Below are positions 57,092 through 64,000 of a stretch of 64,000 nt of DNA, one piece after another. Position 1 is the stretch's first letter. Every line of letters starts with the position of its first letter. The stretch spans positions 36,952,001 through 37,016,000 of the forward strand of contig OX597834.1 of the NCBI GenBank assembly GCA_951406725.2, in the 5' to 3' direction. The stretch is from Octopus vulgaris. Taxonomy: Eukaryota. A program made the translations under genes and the position numbers. The notes under the pieces were generated by a model. That model did no database searches. It was not told the DNA's origin and worked only from the letters and a program-made list of their open reading frames with translations.

Positions 57092-57167
57092 ACATACATA
57101 TATATACATACATGCATATATATACATATATATATATATATAAACATATATATATACATACATATAC

Positions 57168-57226
<59 letters not shown>

Positions 57227-58040
57227 CATAGATACATATATATACATAGATACATATACATACATACATTCATACATATATATATATATACGCACACACA
57301 TATAAATATATATATATTACATCTTATTTAATAGACACAATGTTATTTATATGTTACAAATAGTTTCTTGTGCTGAGAACATACCGAATAATGAATTATA
57401 GCATTTGTAACATCTCAGCACAATCATCGGGCACAAACCATATAGCATAACGAAAATTTGAATTTGAGAAGAAAAGCGAGAGGTCAATAAGGAAGCGTAT
57501 AGGGAACGTGGGTTGTTAAAAATGGAGAACGAAAGATCATCAGAAATGTGTAAAGATAATAGAGTTATCTCCCTTATACCTTAAATTATAAGGCTGAAAA
57601 AAGAAACAACGCAAATTAAGCTGATATAGGCGGATTTTCGAATTCTTTAAAAGGAATTTAGGCATATGTTTACAATCACTGAAAATCTCAGATCTACTGT
57701 TCAATACTGAGTTAGAGATCTGAGATCTGAAAAGGATCTTTCAGCTAAATATAGGATCTGATCCATTAACGTGAGGTGTGGAATTTTCGATTATTTTCCA
57801 CTTAATCGTATTTGGTATTGTGTTAGATTTCAAACTCCATACCCAAATTAGTAGTGATTACTCAAATCAGTTGCTTTGCATTTGTCCTTATGTCAAAAGG
57901 AAGCTATGTTATTAGTAAAGCGATTTTAAAAATCTCCATCACATTGTCTAAATAAGTTCTTCCAATATAAACAGTTTGCAATGTTTCACCAAAAAACGAG
58001 AACTACAAATGTCGCTAAATATGACATACATATATACAAG

Positions 58041-58158
<118 letters not shown>

Positions 58159-58229
58159 ATAAATAATATAATACATATATATTATATATTATTTAACTGA
58201 ACGCGATGCATCCATTTCCAAGTATGTAT

Positions 58230-58731
58230 GTACATTGAGATCTTGGAAATAATTGTTAAGCCCTAGATAGACAGTGTATGCAATGGAAGGTCATATGTGT
58301 CTCAGTAAGACCCTGCACTATCATACATGGCTCTAGTAATATAGGAATGGATGGCTGAAACTTTTCATGATCCCATAACCCCTAACATTTATCCTCCTAA
58401 TTACCCAGATCGCAATCCATTAGACTATTACATGTTGTTGAGAGAGAGGCCAATGAACATGCCCATAACACCAAATATTCTTTGAAAGCTGCCACAGTCG
58501 TCTGAGTAATGTCCAAAATGAACCAGGACCACTTGAGTCAAGCATGTAGATGATTTAGATCTCATATAGAAGCAGTTGTTGAAGCTGAAGGTGGGTTTAT
58601 TGAATAACATTATAAAAAAGGGTTTTTTTCTTATCTTCACAGCATTTTTTGATATATAAAGTTATTATCTGTTATTATATATCTGTTTTGTTTTATAAAC
58701 ATAAATCTGTCCTCAAATATCTTATGCACCC

Positions 58732-58734
<3 letters not shown>
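58230..58734 (+). mobile_element. Tc1/mariner (maT-like) 3' remnant in GPCR intron 2
   Basis: EWMAETF..PPNYPDRNPLDYY..EREAN..ACR*FRSHIEAVVEAEGGFIE*; ends CACCCTG. Confidence 0.75.
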
Positions 58735-58811
<77 letters not shown>

Positions 58812-59025
58812 CATTCAAAATGTGACCGCGTGCGTACCGTTGGCGATTTTTTCCCTCCGTCTTCCCTTCTTTGGATCTTTCCTTTTCTTATGTTTCTGAC
58901 GAAGAGCTCCGCTCGAAACGTTAAACGCTCCTTCGTTCCCTCTTTCCTGAGTGTCCAATAGTACTATACTTGTTCCACGTCCTCGCGTTGTTGTGTTTTC
59001 TCTTTGTGTTTCCATGTTTGAATTA

Positions 59026-59030
<5 letters not shown>
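58812..59030 (+). mobile_element. Non-autonomous HHR-bearing (retrozyme/PLE-like) element of about 215 bp
   Basis: Homologous copies at 60072-60192 (+, HHR deleted), 60210-60422 (-) and 49075-49160 (-, truncated); bounded by (TA)n. Confidence 0.8.
58891..58927 (+). ncRNA. Minimal type I hammerhead ribozyme
   Basis: tgttt-CTGACGA-a-gagc(tcc)gctc-GAAAC-GTT-aaacg. Complete core, stems I and II, palindromic ACGU stem III. Confidence 0.8.
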
Positions 59031-59121
<91 letters not shown>

Positions 59122-60310
59122 ATGCATGTATGCGTATATTAAAACTGAAGCGAAGTATTTGTCTCCCATCTCGAGTTTCACGCCACTGGAATCATCAGGT
59201 GAAACTAACAAGACTCAGTATTGGTGCTGTATATGTATCCGTTGATGTCACGTTAATACTCTGGTGCTTCTGTTATTTCACTGGTTGTAACTTGTATCCG
59301 TAGTGTGGCGTTTGTATTTCAATCAACTCTAAGTGGGAGATGCTATTTATTTATGCTAAGTTGTTCGGTTGCTGGTAGATGCATTAGATCAGTTATATCT
59401 TTTCTTTTGTTTACTTGAAAATTTTTAGCCGGTGTTTATGTATGTGTGTATTAATTCTAATGAATGATTTATATGCTTCCATGTGGGAAATGGCGTGCAT
59501 TTACCTATGGGGTTGTGTTTGTGTTATCGAAGTCAACATGTATTGACCTCCCTCACGGATTTCATTCATTACTACATTTTGCAACATACGTGTATATATA
59601 TGTGTGTGTGTGAGCTCATGTGTGTTTGCATATGGGTAGGGATGAAGGTCAATGACTGTTTGGTGGTTGATATTAGTGGTTGGTGAACTTCTTGACATGT
59701 CATCGTCAACTGAGAATAAACCTGTCATGGTTTTAATGGCTTTCCAATTACAAATTCTGACAATGTTAGGTCTATTGATTCCACAGATTATTTAGTGTCG
59801 TTCTTAAACATTAAGCTAATTTAGATAAGTGAAATTAGATTGTATATTTAAATGTTCTCTTTGTTTCTCACTTGCTTGTTTTAAAGCACATTTCCTAATT
59901 CTTGTCGGTGTTTAAAATTTGATCTCTTAAAAGTTTTAACTCATGATGGCTAATTGTCTTTTGCGATACAAACTTTTATGATTACATCAAATAAATAAAT
60001 TCTACCGAAAGAGGTGTCGTCAATTTTAAACACAGTTTGTGTTTACTTTGTATGAATATATATATATATAACCGTTGACGATTTTTTCCTCTGTCTTCCC
60101 TTCTCTGGATCTTTCCTTCTCCAATAATACTATATTTGTCCCACGTCCTCGCGTTGTTGTGTTTTTTTGTGCTTTCTTGTTTGGATTAACTATATATATA
60201 TATATACAGTTAATCCAAACATGAAAACACAAAGAGAAAACACTACAATGCGAGGACGTGGAACCAGTATAGTGTTATTGGACGCTCAGGAAATGAAAGA
60301 AAGAAGGAGG

Positions 60311-60346
60311 ATTTAACGTTTCGAGCGGAGCTCTTCGTCAGAAACA
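60311..60346 (-). ncRNA. Minimal type I hammerhead ribozyme (sense to the GPCR pre-mRNA)
   Basis: Reverse complement reads tgttt-CTGACGA-a-gagctccgctc-GAAAC-GTT-aaat; core identical to 58891-58927. Confidence 0.8.
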
Positions 60347-60891
60347 TAGAAAAAGGAAAGATCCAAGGAAGGGAAGACGGAGGAAAAAATCGTCAACGAT
60401 AAACGCGTGGTCACATATTGAATATATATATATATGAGAGAGAGTGAGAGAAAGAGAGAGAGAGAAAAGTATACTAAATATCGTACAATATAAGATATTG
60501 ATTTATTGGAGAGACGATAAGGAAACATCTAGTGACAGATTTAACCTATTCCGAATGACGAGGGCAGATAATCTCAAGTATTAACTCATTTTATTGAAAT
60601 TAAAATAACCTTAAAAAAATACTGTTTGTTGCATGGAGACAAGAGGAGTGTTTTGAATAATTTTGTGTCTCAATAGGAGATGGCCATGCTTAGAACGCCT
60701 TTGGTCACATGGCTCCTAAACGAGACCTTTCCTAGCGCTAAACAACAAAGCTAACAATAGATTCGTTCCAAATACACTTTCTAAATATAAGTGGGTGGTT
60801 ACGGATGGAACGCCTTTCACGAGACGGCTGACGCAGGGTTAAAACAACAAAATTAACAACAACAACAACAACAAAAATAAGATTAACTTAC

Positions 60892-61101
60892 TCTGAAGTT
60901 ATCATTCATGAAGCCGTAGATGATGGGGTTCATAAAGCTGTGGGCCATGGCGAGCCAGTGCACGACAATGAACACCAACATTACATCGAAGGTGGGCGAA
61001 CCAAACAGTTCGGGATGGTAGTCGATGAAAAGTGTATATATGTGGATAGGTAACCAGCATATGCCAAACAGGACTACAATGGTAACTAGCATTTTGACAA
61101 C
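60892..61101 (-). CDS. GPCR coding exon 2 (TM6-TM7)
   Basis: Acceptor ctttttcAG|GTT and donor AGA|GTAAGT; 210 nt. Encodes VVKMLVTIVVLFGICWLP...HWLAMAHSFMNPIIYGFMNDNFR (CWxP and NPxxY motifs) in frame with exon 1. Confidence 0.95.
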
Positions 61102-61139
61102 CTGAAAAAGAGAAGAAATATAACTGTATAGCCACTACA

Positions 61140-61324
61140 CACATTTTTTCTCTCTCCTTGTTTTTTTCTATCCTTGTTTTTTTTTTACTGTGTCCCTTTC
61201 TGTAGAAGAGCATAGGCTCGAATCGTAAAAGACATTTTCAATTCCTGAGCGTTATACTAATACATCCGTTTGTTTTCTACACCACCTGTCTTCGTCTTTT
61301 GCTTTTTTTCGTGAACACCCCCCA

Positions 61325-61325
<1 letters not shown>
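61140..61325 (+). repeat. Short repeat with a degenerate HHR in GPCR intron 1
   Basis: cttt-CTGTAGA-a-gagc(atag)gctc-GAATC-GTA-aaag; stems intact, two core substitutions. Confidence 0.55.
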
Positions 61326-61391
<66 letters not shown>

Positions 61392-61651
61392 CAATAGCTA
61401 TTTTAAGTGAATACTGCTTCCGTTGCGTGCATCGGATTATATCAATTGTCAGTTATTGTCATAAAATAGATACAATTACGAGAATGATTGTTAGAAAACA
61501 GTTACATCAATCCCTCTAACACATAAAACATATACAATAATCTACTCGATTGCCATAAAACATGTTCAGTTCTCAGAGTGACTGTCGTAAAACTGATAAA
61601 ATAATAATAACAAACATAAGATATATAACATTAAAATAGTAATAATCTCAC

Positions 61652-62419
61652 CTTTATTTTTGCTCTTATGGCCAGCTGGTCCCTGCTCTTGTCTGCATTT
61701 CCTGGGGCTCTCCGCTTCCACAAGACATTAGCAAGTATTGAGTAAGTTACCGTTAAAATAGTAAGAGGTATGAAACAAAGAAAAACGCTGACTACCCATG
61801 TGTAAATCAAACGATAGGATTGCTTGTCCCATTGTTCATTGCATTCCATAATGATGTCTCCTTCGTAGTAAGTGGTGTCAACTCTGGCCACAAATAACTG
61901 TACGGAAGCTATTGCCACTGAGAACAACCAGATCAGGGCGATCATGCAGCTGGATCGAGACGACGTTATGCGAATTTTAAGCGGGAACAAAACAGCGATA
62001 AGTCGATCGACACCAATCGCCATATTCGTGGAAACACTCATGGTTGCTGAAAATAACTGAAGGAATGAAACCAAAGTACACATGACCGGGGAGAAAATCC
62101 ATTTGTGTATAAGCAACATTACTAAAGTGAATGGAATACAGAATATTCCCATGATAAGATCAGCAACGGCCAAATTGAGAAGAAAAGGTTTAATGTCTGT
62201 TTTACATTTCTTGCCTTTGGCGAAGACTATTATTGATAATATATTACCAAATACTGAAGCGAATGTTGTTAAACTGTAAAGAACTATCAGAAAAGTTTGG
62301 GCTTCTGGGGTCAGTTGAGATGTTAACCCGTAGTATCCACCACTTTCGTTTACCAAAGACACTGTTGTAGTGAAGTTTTGGTCAAGACCTATAAGATCAC
62401 TGAATTCATCCTCTTCCAT
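61652..62419 (-). CDS. Class A (rhodopsin-like) neuropeptide GPCR, coding exon 1 (N-terminus, TM1-TM5, ICL3); tachykinin/RYamide-luqin/leucokinin/GPR83-like receptor group
   Basis: ORF MEEDEF...; start context caagATGG. N-glycosylation sequons NFT and NES. TM1 GN, TM2 NLAVAD, WIFS-x3-C, DRL at the DRY position, TM4 W, ECL2 Cys, TM5 FIPL..Y, ICL3 PGNAD..RD. Donor AAG|GTGAGA at 61652/61651 after 768 nt (phase 0). Confidence 0.95.
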
Positions 62420-64000
62420 CTTGCCGGTGGGAAAAATAGGAGAATTCTTCCGTCTATTGTGTTTGATTTCTTTTTGCTTCAGAATTTTAAAGTTTGTTAG
62501 AGAGAGAGAGAGAGGGGGGAGATGGAGAGCGAGAGAGAAGGAGAGAGAGAGGAGAGAAAGGAATGAAGGGAGAAAGACAGACAGACAGACTGATAGACAA
62601 ACAAACAGAAAGAGGGGAAGAGCGATAGTAACAGTGACAGTATGTGATTATATATACATATATATATATTTATATATGGTGAGAGGGAGAGAGAGAGAGA
62701 AAGGAGGTAGGGAGAGAAGGAGACACAGAGAGAAAGACAGAAGGAAAGAAAGACAGAAAAAAAGAGGCGGAATGTGAGTGTGCGTGTGTGTGAGGGAGAG
62801 AAAGGAAGGAATGCAGACAGAGTGTGACTGAGTTTTCGTGGGAGTGTGGATGAGAGAAAGAAAGAGAGAGATAAACGGACTGACGGAGAGGAGGATGGGC
62901 AGACGGACAGAAAGACTGTGTGTGAGTTATAGAGAGGAAGAGAGGGAGAAAGTGGAAGAGATGCGGAATGTGGGCTTAAAGAGAAACGAAGAAAGACAAC
63001 GAGGAAATTTGTAGGAAGTGAAAGGCAAAAAAGAACAAACTTTTTCTTCTTCTCTAATGGCGGATTGTGGGTTGTATGTGAAAATGTCCGCCTCAGTTTT
63101 GGTGTCGTCAGATACTGGAACGAGAAACAGAAGGAGAGAGTAATGTTAAGGAAAAGGAATCATGACGAAAATTGATATTAAAGAAAAAAAAGAGATAACT
63201 TTAGTATCGATAACACGCATTACTTTCTAATCACTATCTTTTTTCATTCCGTGTTTGTTAATATATATATATATATGTGTGTATGTGTGTGTGTGTATGT
63301 GTGGGTGTGTGGGTGTGCGTGTCTATATACGCATACATATAGTCATGGTTATATATATGCATTTGTGCGTATGCGTGTGTATTTAATTTTTATTTTTCAA
63401 TCGAGACAAATAAGACTCAGAGCACAAAACCTACACACACGCAAACAAACAACCCCCCCACCACCACCACCACACACACATACACGCACGCATATAGTTT
63501 TTATGCAGAAATATGTCAGATGTGAATTATGTTGGAATTATAACTGAAAGTGAAGGTCAAAGAGTGACAGACACACAAATGTTGCTTTAATAATATAAAT
63601 CTTTTTTTTTTTTATGGTCTAATGTTGAAAATATGACTATTATTTTAAACTTGATACCTTGTTTATAAACATTAAGAACTTTCTCCCGTCTCCCTTGACT
63701 GCTAAATTACCATACCACTACGAATAATAAAAGAAAAAATAGCAAATTACGCATTCCGCGAAATTCCTCCAAATTTTTAATTGTTTTCCAGCTATAAAAT
63801 AATTCCTGTATTCATTGTTTCATTAATATATCTCAGTTTATGTCATACTGGTGGTTTCTAAAATGAATGAAATAGTCCTGTTCAGGATTATCACCAACTA
63901 ATTATTCAAAGAACTTTGTAATAAGTAAGAAAAGAAAAAGAAAAATGAAGCATGTGCATTCTGTGCATCTTTTCCCTTATTTCTTAATTTCAAATTCAAA

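Noticed and set aside
61631-61651. ORF read-through VRLLLF* as the GPCR C-terminus
   Set aside because: Intronic; a canonical donor at 61651 and an in-frame TM6-7 exon downstream.

Overview
AT-rich eukaryotic (animal) genomic DNA packed with microsatellites. The SINE families and repeat landscape fit an octopus (coleoid cephalopod) best; this is an inference. Nearly all listed ORFs are translations of (AT)n, (AC)n, (ATAC)n, (GATA)n or (CAC)n tracts. One real gene is present: a 3-coding-exon rhodopsin-class neuropeptide-type GPCR on the minus strand (62419-61652, 61101-60892, 56921-56682; about 405 aa; both introns GT-AG, phase 0). The rest is a transposon graveyard: three tRNA-derived SINE families, mariner, maT, Tc1, Tigger and hAT remnants and MITEs, a non-autonomous Helitron, and three decayed Penelope-like element (PLE) RT/GIY-YIG fragments. 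The most striking unannotated signal is a set of hammerhead-ribozyme (HHR) cores (CUGANGA...GAAA...NUH with matching stems) in several unrelated short repeat families. These include a TSD-flanked element joining a Pol III tRNA head to HHR tails in inverted orientation (23975-24473), a long HHR palindrome (14081-14283), and an intact HHR in sense orientation in GPCR intron 2. All structures were folded by eye and ribozyme activity is untested.
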